From assembly GCA_017463405.1 (NCBI GenBank), contig JAFTPJ010000003.1, positions 56,103 through 120,102 of the forward strand: a stretch of DNA of 64,000 nucleotides, read 5' to 3'. A program made the position numbers and the translations under genes. Below the pieces are notes generated by a model, which saw nothing but the letters and a program-made list of their open reading frames with translations, was not told the origin of the DNA and ran no database searches. This document shows, one piece after another, positions 9,104 to 18,633 of this stretch; position 1 is the first letter of the stretch; the number at the start of each line of letters is the position of its first letter. The stretch comes from Clostridia bacterium (lineage in GTDB: Bacteria; Bacillota; Clostridia; Oscillospirales; CAG-272).

Positions 9104-12100
9104 ATGAAAAAATTCAACAGAGTTCTTGCTATGATTCTTGCAATCATCATGACACTGGCTGTTATGCCGTTGGGTGTTTTTGCAGACGCATGGCTGGATA
9201 CGAATGTGGAGTCCGACAAGAGTGGCACCACAACGTCTACAGATGTGACGTTGTCCTTGGATGCGGCGGCATTGTTGAGCTATCTCAAGAACGGAGATAA
9301 GGCAGAGCTTTTGGCGGGAATTTCGTTCGGCGAGCTTGCGGATGCCTTTACCCGTGAGGAGTTGAACGGGATTTTCCCCGGCGCAAAGCTTGAGGAAATC
9401 GTTTCTGCCTTGACGGATGAGCTCGATATCGAGTTTGTGTTGCAGTATCTCGATCTTGAGGCGCTTTTGGAGACGATTGATACCGAGGGCTTGATTGCGC
9501 AGATCAAGGCACTTCCCAATCTGCAGGATTACGTCCTTGATTTCGATGCTTTGATGGGCTACATCGAAGATGAAAATCTGGAAGCGGCGGTCAAATATGT
9601 CGATACGGAGGCTTTGATCGCGGATTATACCGATGATCTGATTCCGCTGGCATTGGAACTGGATGCAGAGGTGCTGGCAGCTATCGTCGATATTGATGCG
9701 GTACTGGAACTGGACGGAATTGATATTGCATCGATGCTGGATTTGACTTTCTTCGGTTTGGTGATTTCTTATTCGGATCTGGTATACTTTGACGGTGATG
9801 GAGATGGCGCCCCCGATTATATGGATCACCATGCGTTTATCGATTACATCCACCGTTTCTACAGCGATGAGGAATTTTCTGATGTACTTCATGAATATTA
9901 CGTACGCAGAGATTACATGAAGGAGTTGCTGGAAGACCACGAGCATGATCTTGAGCCCTATATGGACATGGGCAATCTGCAGAGCATGCTGGCGGGTAAG
10001 ACCTACAGCGACGTTCAGGATTATGTCAAGATCAATGCGACTCTGTTTAATATGGTGTCGGATGCGATTGAGAGCAATCCCAATTATGTTATTAAGGAAA
10101 ACGCAAAGGCTGTTTTGGAGAACTTGGTGAATGCAGGGGAAATTGACCTTGCCGATCTGGGTGGCGATTTGGATAACATCGATTACGCAGAGGTGTTCCG
10201 CAGCGACGTGATGAGCTCGGATATCTACGAAGATCTGATCGCCGGTGATGCACTGGATATGAATGCTATGGTAATCAGTGCCGATGCACCGCTCAATATT
10301 CAAAATCTGAATAATGCGGGGATTTTTGAACTGGATCTTATGCTGAATACCGATCCCGATTTCAATATCGACCGTTTGGAAGATGCAAAAGTTATTGATT
10401 TGAATAAGGTAATCTTCGGTGACGAGGAGGCCGGTCTTGATCCCTTTGATAGTGATCTGCTGCTTAAATATAAAGTGCTCAATATGGATGGTATGCTGTC
10501 AGGCACTGCCGAGCGTCCTGAACCGTTGTTCGAGATTGTTGATTTGGTTCGTGATGATATCATTCATGACGAGGCATTGGCGAGCAAGTATGGATATGAT
10601 AATATGATCCTTGATGCGGAACTCAAGAGACAGGTTAAAGCACTGCCCGATACGAGCGTGCTTGCAGATTGCATTGACGATACGGTCGGTGCGATTCAGG
10701 CTGTTGGTGTTCCTGCGGCGGTTGATGCGACCTGCGGCAGTTACGGTGTCCTTATTAATAATTATGTAACCGATGTCGCTGCCATGATGGATGTGCTCGG
10801 CGTTGATGCGGTGATTGCACAAATCATCGAGGATGACATGCTGGATACGATCCTTGATGTTGAGGGGGTTGTCAGAGCTCTTGGTATTGTCACTCTGATC
10901 AGACTGGTTGATCTGCAACTTGTGATCACCCAGCTTCGTGAGAGTGGCGGTTTGCAGGCAATTGTAAAGTCGATCGATCCCGAAAAGTATATCTCTGCTT
11001 TGACCTCTACTCTGGGTGTTCTCGAGAAGAATATCAGCGAGATCAAGGTGAACGATGTTGTAATTACTAAAAAGGATGGCAATCTGCTGTTCATTGATAC
11101 TGCAAGTCTGTTTGTTTTGTTGGAGGACTTTGTTCCCCAGGTGGAGGACATTGCGAATATCGGAGACGACGGAAAGGTGTTTTCCGTAAGTCTTGCAATC
11201 AAGTATAAGTCTGACAATACTAATAATGTAGAAAAAACCAAGGAAATCACCGTGAATGCGGTGCTTGCGAGCGGCGTTGAGCAGGTTCGCAAGGCGGCAC
11301 AGAAGCTACAGTCCATTCTTGACAAGTACTTTGTTTATGATTTCAAGGATGGCATTCTGTCCCTGGATCTCCGTATCCCCGGCAAGTTTGCAACGGCTAT
11401 GAAGCTGGCGCTCGAGAAGTTGGAAACCACGGGCGACAGCGACCTGCAGGCTCTGAAGGATGAGCTTCTGACGATCTTTAATATGAACGTATCCGATGCG
11501 GGAGCGTTTGTGAACAACTTCACGTTGGCACAGATCGTGGATCTGCTGGAGTTGGTGGATTCCTCCAAGTTCAGCGTAGCGTATAGCAAGATCATTGCAA
11601 ATCAGTACGTTCAAACGCTTCTTGATTATATTTCGGAAGCAACCGGACTGGAATATAACGATCTGTCGCTCGACGATCTGCTCCTCACGGCAACGGATCT
11701 TCCGACACTGGAAGAGCTTTGCGAGAGAATTGAATCCAAGTTGGGCAGAGAAATTGAAGCATTTGACAAGCTTCCCACAGGCGATCCCGTGGAGATTCTG
11801 CAACGTCTTGCAAACAAGGCAGGCGTTGATGCAGATTTGAAGCAGATTTTGAAGGATGCCGCAAAGCAGGATGATCCTTTGAAATATCTGTACGATACGG
11901 CTGTTTCGATCATTGAAAACAACGAAAATGCTTATGAGGCAATCAAGAGCCGGGTGATCAATGTGATCGACAAGGTACTCGCTTCCAATCTCGGTCAAAA
12001 GCTGGGCACGCTTTCGCTCTCCGATTTCTATGTAGAATCCGGCGTATTCGAGCTTGTAAAGAGCGTTGAGATTGAGCCCATCACACTTCTGAATAAGGGT

Positions 12101-15100
12101 GTGCAAAAGCTCATTGAGGTTGTGGCTTCCAAGGTTGACTTTGACATGACGCTTGTTGACCGCGTTGCCGACATCATCCTCAGCTATTTCACGGATGACA
12201 CCGTTAAGCTTGGCGTTGATGTGACGACTCGCTTTAACGGACTGTATAAGGCTGTTTTCTATGATGAAAACGGCGATGAGATTCTTACCACGCTGCTTCC
12301 CGAGGGTGCTGATCTGGCTTTGATGATGGATTACACGCCTCTGAATCCCGAGGATGTATTCGAGGGATGGAAGGCGTTGACCTCCGACGACCACTATGAG
12401 GAGATGCCTGCCAAGGATATCGGCTTGATTGCTGATGTTGGTAAGCTTCAGATTATCGTAATCGATCCCGACGATGATACCAAGCTGGTTGGAATCATCC
12501 CCGTGGCTATCGGCGATACGCCGGCAGATTATGCAGATGAGCTGAATGCACTTGTAAAGAGCTATCTAAAGAACAATGCGCTTGCGGATGATGAGATTGT
12601 ATGGTTGAATCATCAGGATCGTGTAGAACTCGATATGAATGCGTCGATCGAAAGCAATCTGTACGTAACATGGCGCTTGAATATTCAGCACACCGTAACG
12701 ATCGTTGATCCCGATACCGACGAGCTTGTTCATGAATTCACAGTACAGGATGGCGAGACTCTGGAGGATTATCTTGCAGAGATGATTGCCAAGGTGAAGG
12801 ATCATCTGGAAGATGATACGATCGCGGATGAAGATATCATTTGGATGTATGAAGATGCGGAATATGATATCACGACGCCCGTAACCTCCGATTTGACTCT
12901 GACTTGGGAGATTGAGGAAACGGTTCTGCCGACTTACACGGTGACGATCGTTGACCCCGATTTGGCAACTCTGGAGGTTCATAGCTTCCCCGTAACCGAA
13001 GGCGATACATTGAGCGAATATCTTACCGAGATGAACGACAGTGTAAGAGACTATTTGGATGACGACACGATCGCAGATGAGGATATTTCCTGGCTCCATA
13101 GCGACGGAACGGCTTGCGATCTTGATGCTGCAATCGTTTCCGATCTGACCTTGACTTGGGAGATCGAAGAAGATGATGAGCCCGAGCAGGTAACAGTTAC
13201 CGTTGTAGATCCCGAGGACAATGATGCAGTTGTTCATACGATTGATGACCTTGTCGAGGGCGATGTACTGAATGCTGATCAGTTGGCAGAAATGTTGGCG
13301 AAGGTCAATGAGTACCTGGGCACGAATTATACCGCTGATCAGATCGTGTGGAAGAATCTTGACGGGACGGATTTCAATGTTTCCGCAGAAATCAATGCAA
13401 ATGTGATCATCACGTGGGCAATTACGCAAACTCCCGACATCGAAACCGTAACTGTGACCGTTGTCAATCGCGAGAATCCTGACGAGGTTCTCTATGAGAC
13501 TACCGTGATCAAGGGTGGACGACTGAACTCTACCGATCTCGATGCGATGAATGCACTCCAGCAGCTGAAGGAGCAGAACCCCAGCGATGAAATGCATGTA
13601 TACCATCACGCATGGCACGATGCAGACGATGCAAGCAAAGCGGTTTTGAATTTGAACACGCTTTCCATCACTGCGGATATGACCCTGACTTGGACTTATG
13701 TCGAGGATAAGGATGCTGTTGCACTGCGCATCGTAGATGCAATCAGGGGTCAGCATTACTACATTACCTCCGATGCAAACAACTGGATCGTTGTTTGGAC
13801 TGACGAATGGCGTGGAGTCTTGGAGCTGGATATTGATGCCGAGTTCTATAGCAATACGAAAAAGAACCTGATTGTGCAATCCGAAACATCGGTTCATCAG
13901 TTTGTATTCCCGAAGGAGCTTTTGGTGAAGGTTGGTGCGGCAGCTGTGGCGGCTGAAATCGCAGACGTCAGCATTCACTACGAGGAGAATAAGGGCGCCG
14001 ATCAGTTCAACTATGCCGCAGACAGTGGCGCCGTGTACTTTACGCTCGGCTTCTACTTTGGTGGCTTTGACGATGGAACTGAAACTTCTGTCGGTGATTT
14101 CGGTGAGAACAAGGTTGTAATCACCATGCCTTTCACCGGTGCATCCAAGACCATGGATAAGAAGACCTTTGTAACGATTGGTACGGATGAGGTCGAGATT
14201 GAAGATAACTATACCGAAAGCAGTGTTACCTTCATGGCACCGCACTTCTCCCCGTTTGCAATCGTCAACAAGTATAATGTCTACCATGCGGATGCTCCCG
14301 ATACGAGCATGTTGCCCGACGGTTTCCCGACGGAGTTGATTCCGACGGCAAACATCGCAACCTTCCCGATCGAGAACAAGTATTACGCAAAGGGACACGT
14401 ATTTAACAATCTCAAGGTTGATCTGCTTGACGGCATCAAGGGCTTTGAGGTCGTTTACACGAAGGTTCTGGCGGGTGCTCCCACGGCGACCGATGCAACC
14501 GTTCTCGAAAAGCTGTATGCAAACGGCTCGTTTGTGATGCCTGATGGCGCAATTACGTTGCAACACGTAATTGATATCAGAGTTTACTACGTGTTCTACT
14601 ATATTAACAGCAAGCTTGACAGCTTGGATTCCTACACTATGCTGGAGTCGTTGCCTGCACTCAAGGCACTGCCCGATGGTTATGCCGCAGAGGACGGCTG
14701 GAGCTGGTCCGGATACAACACCGCCCTGAAGGATCAGGCAGATATCTACGTCTACCTGGTAAATGATAAGGGTGAGGCTGATAAGAGCTTTACTGTGAAC
14801 TTCTTGGATGCGGACGGTAACAAGATTGCTGATCCAATCACCAAAACGGTTCGCGAATGGGCGGATCTTTCGGGCTTCCCGACTGTTGCGGCTGTATTGA
14901 AGCTGACCGATGCAGATGCCACCAAGGCAGGCTATTGGGCAGTGAAGACGGGCGGTGCAGAGAAGCGCGTGAACGACCTGACGACTGCCGAATGGAATGC
15001 GATTTTGGCAGGCGGCACTTCCGTGGACGTTTATGTACAGTACAGCGACCGTGATTATACCGTTTATACGGACGGCAATGCAACGGTGGAAAACATCAGC

Positions 15101-16420
15101 GCATCTGTCGGTGAAACCGTAGAGGTGGTAATCCGTAAGGAACTTGGAAAGACCGCGACCGTGATCGTTCAAAATTTGAACGATGCAACGGATAAGATCG
15201 TATTTACCTTTGCTGAAGGCTCCGATGTAAACGGTTCCTTCGTAATGCCCGCGGCTGACGTTGCGATTGAAGTTGTTTATACCGCAACAACGATTAGCTA
15301 CATTGATGCAAACGGCAAGACGCAGACCGGCGCTTACGGTGATACAAATGAGCTTCCCGCAATCATTATCCCCGAGGGTATGACGCTGGATGCTACCAAG
15401 TTTACCAACATTCCCAACGGATTGGTTCTGACTTCATCCTCTATGGACGAAAACAGAAATCTGATTCTCGTTTACAGTTACGTGCTGATTGACAATACTG
15501 TCAATGAGCAGGCGTTCATAGCAGCTGTTAAGGCGAGCGCGATCAAGGAGCTGGTTTATCAGTCTGTATACGTTCTGAACGGTAAGACATTTGATAATGA
15601 GGATGCGGCACTTGCAACCTTGACTGGAAGCGCAACCTTCAAGAACTGGAGCAAGAGCTTTGGCAAGAATCTCAACTTTGCGGCGTTCAATCTTGCGAGT
15701 GAGAATCTGGAACCCACTCTCCTGATCCTCTGCATCGTACTGGTTGTATTGATTCTGATTCTCTTGATTGCTTTGTTCTATATCCTTTACATCACCGGTA
15801 AGCTGAAGCCCAACTGGTTCCTGAAGATGATAACGGCTATTGTATCCGCCTTCTATGCAGTATGTATGGCGGTTGCAGCTGCAGGACTTGCAATTGCACG
15901 CTTGTTCGGTTACCGTGAGGATGAGCTTGTGGAGACTCCCGAGGAGATCAACGCAAGACTTGCGGCTGAAGCGGCAGAGGAGTCGGTTGAGGAAGCTGCC
16001 GAGGAGCCGACCGAAGAGGCTGTTGAAGAGGTGCCCGAGGCGGTTGTGGAAGATGTAACTGCAGAGTTGTCCGAGGAAACTGCCGAAGAAACAGGCGAGG
16101 ACCACGTTGAAGAAACAGCAGAGGACGACGCTGTTGCAACAGTTGTTGAGGAAACGATCGAAGAAGCGGCACAGGACGACGCGATTGATGTAGTCGTTGA
16201 GGACGCGGTCGAGGAAGCAACTGTTGAAACGACCGAGGAAGCGACCGAGGCGGTTGCCGAAGAGGCTGTCGAAGGAATGACCGAAGAAGTAACCGAGAAA
16301 ACTACCGAGGCGGTTGCCGAAGAGGTTGTTGAGGATACGACCGAAGAAGCTTCCGAGGAAGCAACCGAGGAGACAACCGAAGAGGAAGTCACCGCGGACG
16401 CTGACGAAAAGAAAGAGTAA
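9104..16420 (+). CDS. Giant (2438 aa) highly acidic secreted/cell-surface protein with Flg_new-like tandem modules, C-terminal two-helix membrane anchor and polyacidic tail
   Basis: Signal peptide MKKFNRVLAMILAIIMTLAVMPLGVFA|DAW. About 1000 aa of D/E/L-rich sequence follows with no domain I recognise. Six consecutive ~75-90-aa modules then end in DLTLTWEIEE-type strands and resemble Listeria-Bacteroides (InlB B-repeat/Flg_new) repeats. Two hydrophobic helices follow, then a 170-aa E/A/T/V tail. The gene is a single uninterrupted ORF with a GAGG RBS. Confidence 0.85.
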   Translation: MKKFNRVLAMILAIIMTLAVMPLGVFADAWLDTNVESDKSGTTTSTDVTLSLDAAALLSYLKNGDKAELLAGISFGELADAFTREELNGIFPGAKLEEIVSALTDELDIEFVLQYLDLEALLETIDTEGLIAQIKALPNLQDYVLDFDALMGYIEDENLEAAVKYVDTEALIADYTDDLIPLALELDAEVLAAIVDIDAVLELDGIDIASMLDLTFFGLVISYSDLVYFDGDGDGAPDYMDHHAFIDYIHRFYSDEEFSDVLHEYYVRRDYMKELLEDHEHDLEPYMDMGNLQSMLAGKTYSDVQDYVKINATLFNMVSDAIESNPNYVIKENAKAVLENLVNAGEIDLADLGGDLDNIDYAEVFRSDVMSSDIYEDLIAGDALDMNAMVISADAPLNIQNLNNAGIFELDLMLNTDPDFNIDRLEDAKVIDLNKVIFGDEEAGLDPFDSDLLLKYKVLNMDGMLSGTAERPEPLFEIVDLVRDDIIHDEALASKYGYDNMILDAELKRQVKALPDTSVLADCIDDTVGAIQAVGVPAAVDATCGSYGVLINNYVTDVAAMMDVLGVDAVIAQIIEDDMLDTILDVEGVVRALGIVTLIRLVDLQLVITQLRESGGLQAIVKSIDPEKYISALTSTLGVLEKNISEIKVNDVVITKKDGNLLFIDTASLFVLLEDFVPQVEDIANIGDDGKVFSVSLAIKYKSDNTNNVEKTKEITVNAVLASGVEQVRKAAQKLQSILDKYFVYDFKDGILSLDLRIPGKFATAMKLALEKLETTGDSDLQALKDELLTIFNMNVSDAGAFVNNFTLAQIVDLLELVDSSKFSVAYSKIIANQYVQTLLDYISEATGLEYNDLSLDDLLLTATDLPTLEELCERIESKLGREIEAFDKLPTGDPVEILQRLANKAGVDADLKQILKDAAKQDDPLKYLYDTAVSIIENNENAYEAIKSRVINVIDKVLASNLGQKLGTLSLSDFYVESGVFELVKSVEIEPITLLNKGVQKLIEVVASKVDFDMTLVDRVADIILSYFTDDTVKLGVDVTTRFNGLYKAVFYDENGDEILTTLLPEGADLALMMDYTPLNPEDVFEGWKALTSDDHYEEMPAKDIGLIADVGKLQIIVIDPDDDTKLVGIIPVAIGDTPADYADELNALVKSYLKNNALADDEIVWLNHQDRVELDMNASIESNLYVTWRLNIQHTVTIVDPDTDELVHEFTVQDGETLEDYLAEMIAKVKDHLEDDTIADEDIIWMYEDAEYDITTPVTSDLTLTWEIEETVLPTYTVTIVDPDLATLEVHSFPVTEGDTLSEYLTEMNDSVRDYLDDDTIADEDISWLHSDGTACDLDAAIVSDLTLTWEIEEDDEPEQVTVTVVDPEDNDAVVHTIDDLVEGDVLNADQLAEMLAKVNEYLGTNYTADQIVWKNLDGTDFNVSAEINANVIITWAITQTPDIETVTVTVVNRENPDEVLYETTVIKGGRLNSTDLDAMNALQQLKEQNPSDEMHVYHHAWHDADDASKAVLNLNTLSITADMTLTWTYVEDKDAVALRIVDAIRGQHYYITSDANNWIVVWTDEWRGVLELDIDAEFYSNTKKNLIVQSETSVHQFVFPKELLVKVGAAAVAAEIADVSIHYEENKGADQFNYAADSGAVYFTLGFYFGGFDDGTETSVGDFGENKVVITMPFTGASKTMDKKTFVTIGTDEVEIEDNYTESSVTFMAPHFSPFAIVNKYNVYHADAPDTSMLPDGFPTELIPTANIATFPIENKYYAKGHVFNNLKVDLLDGIKGFEVVYTKVLAGAPTATDATVLEKLYANGSFVMPDGAITLQHVIDIRVYYVFYYINSKLDSLDSYTMLESLPALKALPDGYAAEDGWSWSGYNTALKDQADIYVYLVNDKGEADKSFTVNFLDADGNKIADPITKTVREWADLSGFPTVAAVLKLTDADATKAGYWAVKTGGAEKRVNDLTTAEWNAILAGGTSVDVYVQYSDRDYTVYTDGNATVENISASVGETVEVVIRKELGKTATVIVQNLNDATDKIVFTFAEGSDVNGSFVMPAADVAIEVVYTATTISYIDANGKTQTGAYGDTNELPAIIIPEGMTLDATKFTNIPNGLVLTSSSMDENRNLILVYSYVLIDNTVNEQAFIAAVKASAIKELVYQSVYVLNGKTFDNEDAALATLTGSATFKNWSKSFGKNLNFAAFNLASENLEPTLLILCIVLVVLILILLIALFYILYITGKLKPNWFLKMITAIVSAFYAVCMAVAAAGLAIARLFGYREDELVETPEEINARLAAEAAEESVEEAAEEPTEEAVEEVPEAVVEDVTAELSEETAEETGEDHVEETAEDDAVATVVEETIEEAAQDDAIDVVVEDAVEEATVETTEEATEAVAEEAVEGMTEEVTEKTTEAVAEEVVEDTTEEASEEATEETTEEEVTADADEKKE
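12245..13705 (+). repeat. In-frame tandem protein modules (about six, ~75-90 aa each) inside the giant gene
   Basis: Consecutive modules begin YKAVFYDENGDE, LQIIVIDPDDDTK, HTVTIVDPDTDEL, YTVTIVDPDLATL, VTVTVVDPEDNDA and VTVTVVNRENPDE. Each ends in a ...(L/I)T(L/I)TW(E/A/T)(I/Y).. strand. Confidence 0.75.
15714..15908 (+). other. Two predicted transmembrane helices of the giant protein (C-terminal anchor)
   Basis: TLLILCIVLVVLILILLIALFYILYIT, then a GKLKPNWFLK loop, then MITAIVSAFYAVCMAVAAAGLAIARLF. Confidence 0.7.
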
Positions 16421-16471
16421 TATGAAAATCATTCGTCAGAATGATCTCTCATAACACAATTCTGTGCATCA

Positions 16472-16501
16472 GGGAAAACTTCGATAGGAGTTTTCCCTTT
16501 T
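16472..16501 (+). terminator. Rho-independent terminator of the giant gene
   Basis: gggaaaact (16472..16480) pairs with agttttccc (16489..16497), followed by TTTT. Confidence 0.7.
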
Positions 16502-16532
16502 GCACATAAAAATCGAAAAGAAGGTTTCATGA

Positions 16533-17261
16533 ATGAAATTTACAAAGCACTATACGGTGAGATGGCATGATACCGATTGTAACCGTTGCGTTCGCCCGAC
16601 TAAAATACTGATGTATATGCAGGAAACGGCAGGCGAGCATTTGAAATCGTTGCTCATGTCGATGGATGACATGCGCGATCGGCTGGGTCTGGCGTTTTTG
16701 TTGAGCAGTATCTCCGTTTCGATATATGAGCCCCTATACGCAGACGACGAGATCGATGTGCAGACGTGGGTATGCGAGAGCCGAGGCTTGGGCTACAACC
16801 GTTGCTTTTGTATCATCCGAAACGGCAAGACCGTAGCAGAGGCATCCTCTGTATGGGGATTGCTGGATCTGCGGACACACCGATTGTTGCGTGCGGATGA
16901 GTCCCCATTTGAAGCGAAGCCGGATGCGGCTGTTGCTTTGGATCTTCCCCGCCGCTTGCGCATGGTGCGCATTGAGGAAATGGAAGCGGTGGGAGAGCGG
17001 ACGATTGTATATTCGGATATCGATTATAATGGGCATATGAATAATACGCATTATCCGGATTTGTTCTGCGATTTTACCCCCGATATCTGTCAATCAAGGG
17101 TCTGCGCGATGATGCTTTCATTTTTGCATGAAGGCACATTCGGGCACACCCTGAAGATCTATCGCAAGAAAACGGAGAACGGATATCTGTTCCGAACCGT
17201 TGATGGGGAGGGCGTTACGTGCACCGAGGCGTTGCTTCGCACGGAGCCGTTTTCGAAATAA
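16533..17261 (+). CDS. Acyl-ACP thioesterase (double hot-dog, FatA/B-like)
   Basis: 242 aa. YTVRWHDTDCNRCVRPTKILMYMQE and a second-half YSDIDYNGHMNNTHY are typical of the acyl-ACP thioesterase family. Confidence 0.75.
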   Translation: MKFTKHYTVRWHDTDCNRCVRPTKILMYMQETAGEHLKSLLMSMDDMRDRLGLAFLLSSISVSIYEPLYADDEIDVQTWVCESRGLGYNRCFCIIRNGKTVAEASSVWGLLDLRTHRLLRADESPFEAKPDAAVALDLPRRLRMVRIEEMEAVGERTIVYSDIDYNGHMNNTHYPDLFCDFTPDICQSRVCAMMLSFLHEGTFGHTLKIYRKKTENGYLFRTVDGEGVTCTEALLRTEPFSK

Positions 17262-17325
17262 CCATGAAATAACGTATATACGCATGCAAAAAACGAATAT
17301 AAGAGCTGTAGTAAGGAGACGGTAA

Positions 17326-18354
17326 ATGAAACCGATCATCAGAATCAAAAAGTGGCAGCTACTCCGCGTGAAGAAAAAGGACGAGGTGCTGGATCTTACC
17401 GAAGAAGCATTTGTCACAGTTGGAAAAAAAGCATTTCGCGGTACCTGTCAGGAAAGCATTGTCTTTCCGAGTGGGGTGTCGGCGATCAAGGGTGAGGCAT
17501 TTTTCGGTTGTAAGCGTTTGAAACATGTGGTGCTGTCCCGTGAAAATTATATCGGATTGTCTTATGCGGTGTTTCGGAATTGCGAGCGCCTGCACGGGGT
17601 GGAAAATGCAGATCGGATTTCCGTAATTGGTGCGAGTGCGTTTGAAAATTGCTCTATGCTGCAGACGATCGAGCTGGGTCAGGAGCTGCGCCGCATCGGC
17701 GAGTATGCATTCCGCCGTTGCCGTTCGCTCAAGCATATTGTGCTCCCATCGTGCACCGCCGCAATTGGCAAGGGCGCATTTCGGGATTGCACAGAGCTGG
17801 AGAACGTAGAGGTGGGAGAGCGCTTGAACGCATTTTCCGCAGAAATGTTCCGTGGGTGCCTTTCCTTGAAAGACGTAAAGCTACCCGTGTCGATGACAGC
17901 ACTTCCGAAAGGTGTGTTTCGCGACTGTACATCTTTGCGGGATATGGCAGTGCCTGCCGGCGTTCGTTCGGTTGGCAAAAACGCTTTTCGCGGTTGTACG
18001 CGCTTGGAGTCTTTGACGCTGGATAGAGGCGTGGAGTGGATCGGTGCGCATGCATTTGCCGATACGCCGCGCTTGCGTGAGGTTTATATTCCGCACACGC
18101 TCAAGAGATTGGGATTCGGTGCGTTTGGGCTCGGAAAACGTGAGGAGGATGAGAAAATCACGCTTTACGTAAATAGCGAGTATATGGAAAAGCGTATGAA
18201 TCGCTTGGTTGCTCTCTGCGGTTCCTCCGGATGTGTAAAAGTGGTTGTTGTCGGAAAAACGATAGAGGAGAGAAAGCGAGAGAGAAGGCGTTCCTCGCTG
18301 GATTCGGCGCCCGCACATCTGTTTGATGTTGCAGAGGAGAAGAATGAAGAATAA
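17326..18354 (+). CDS. BspA-type leucine-rich-repeat protein
   Basis: 342 aa. About nine ~23-aa units of the form F..C..L..I.LP..V..IG..AF..C are present. AAGGAG RBS. No signal peptide is evident. Confidence 0.75.
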   Translation: MKPIIRIKKWQLLRVKKKDEVLDLTEEAFVTVGKKAFRGTCQESIVFPSGVSAIKGEAFFGCKRLKHVVLSRENYIGLSYAVFRNCERLHGVENADRISVIGASAFENCSMLQTIELGQELRRIGEYAFRRCRSLKHIVLPSCTAAIGKGAFRDCTELENVEVGERLNAFSAEMFRGCLSLKDVKLPVSMTALPKGVFRDCTSLRDMAVPAGVRSVGKNAFRGCTRLESLTLDRGVEWIGAHAFADTPRLREVYIPHTLKRLGFGAFGLGKREEDEKITLYVNSEYMEKRMNRLVALCGSSGCVKVVVVGKTIEERKRERRRSSLDSAPAHLFDVAEEKNEE

Positions 18355-18569
18355 AAAATGTCCCCGATTTGCATCACAAATAATGTGCCGAAACATCCAA
18401 GAGTACGCATAATATTACTCGATTTTGCACCGGCTTCCATGCTTTCACGGAAGTTTGCTTCTAAATAGTCGACAGTGTTTTCTTGTTCAATGATGCGGTC
18501 GGCTATTTCATCAGTGATTTGAAAATATTGGGTCGCATGTGCCAGCTTTGTTTGTAATTCTTGATTCAT
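18165..18569 (-). CDS. Hypothetical small protein; its 3' 190 nt overlap the LRR gene convergently
   Basis: A strong RBS (AAGGAGAAGAAAAATG) precedes ATG 18569. The first ~65 codons lie in otherwise non-coding DNA, divergent from an XRE regulator. I recognise no family, and the extent is doubtful. Confidence 0.3.
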   Translation of the reverse strand: MNQELQTKLAHATQYFQITDEIADRIIEQENTVDYLEANFRESMEAGAKSSNIMRTLGCFGTLFVMQIGDIFYSSFFSSATSNRCAGAESSEERLLSRFLSSIVFPTTTTFTHPEEPQRATKRFIRFSIYSLFT

Positions 18570-18633
18570 TTTTCTTCTCCTTTTTTAGAAAAAATCAGAT
18601 ATTCTGATCTTTAACGAATTTTGGAGGAAAATT

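Noticed and set aside
12566-15172. An 868-aa ORF antisense to the giant gene, plus further antisense ORFs at 8987..10303, 11306..12394 and 15434..16432.
   Set aside because: These are shadow ORFs. The sense frame is rich in GAN/ATC/GTT-type codons, whose complements avoid stop codons. The antisense products have implausible I/L/R/Q/H-heavy composition and no RBS or signal features. The sense ORF has a promoter, RBS, signal peptide, modular repeats and TM helices.
15930-16420. Periodic nucleotide repeats that could be mistaken for a CRISPR-like or satellite array.
   Set aside because: They lie in-frame inside the giant ORF and encode the E/A/T-rich tail. The repeats are imperfect and contiguous, with no unique spacers.
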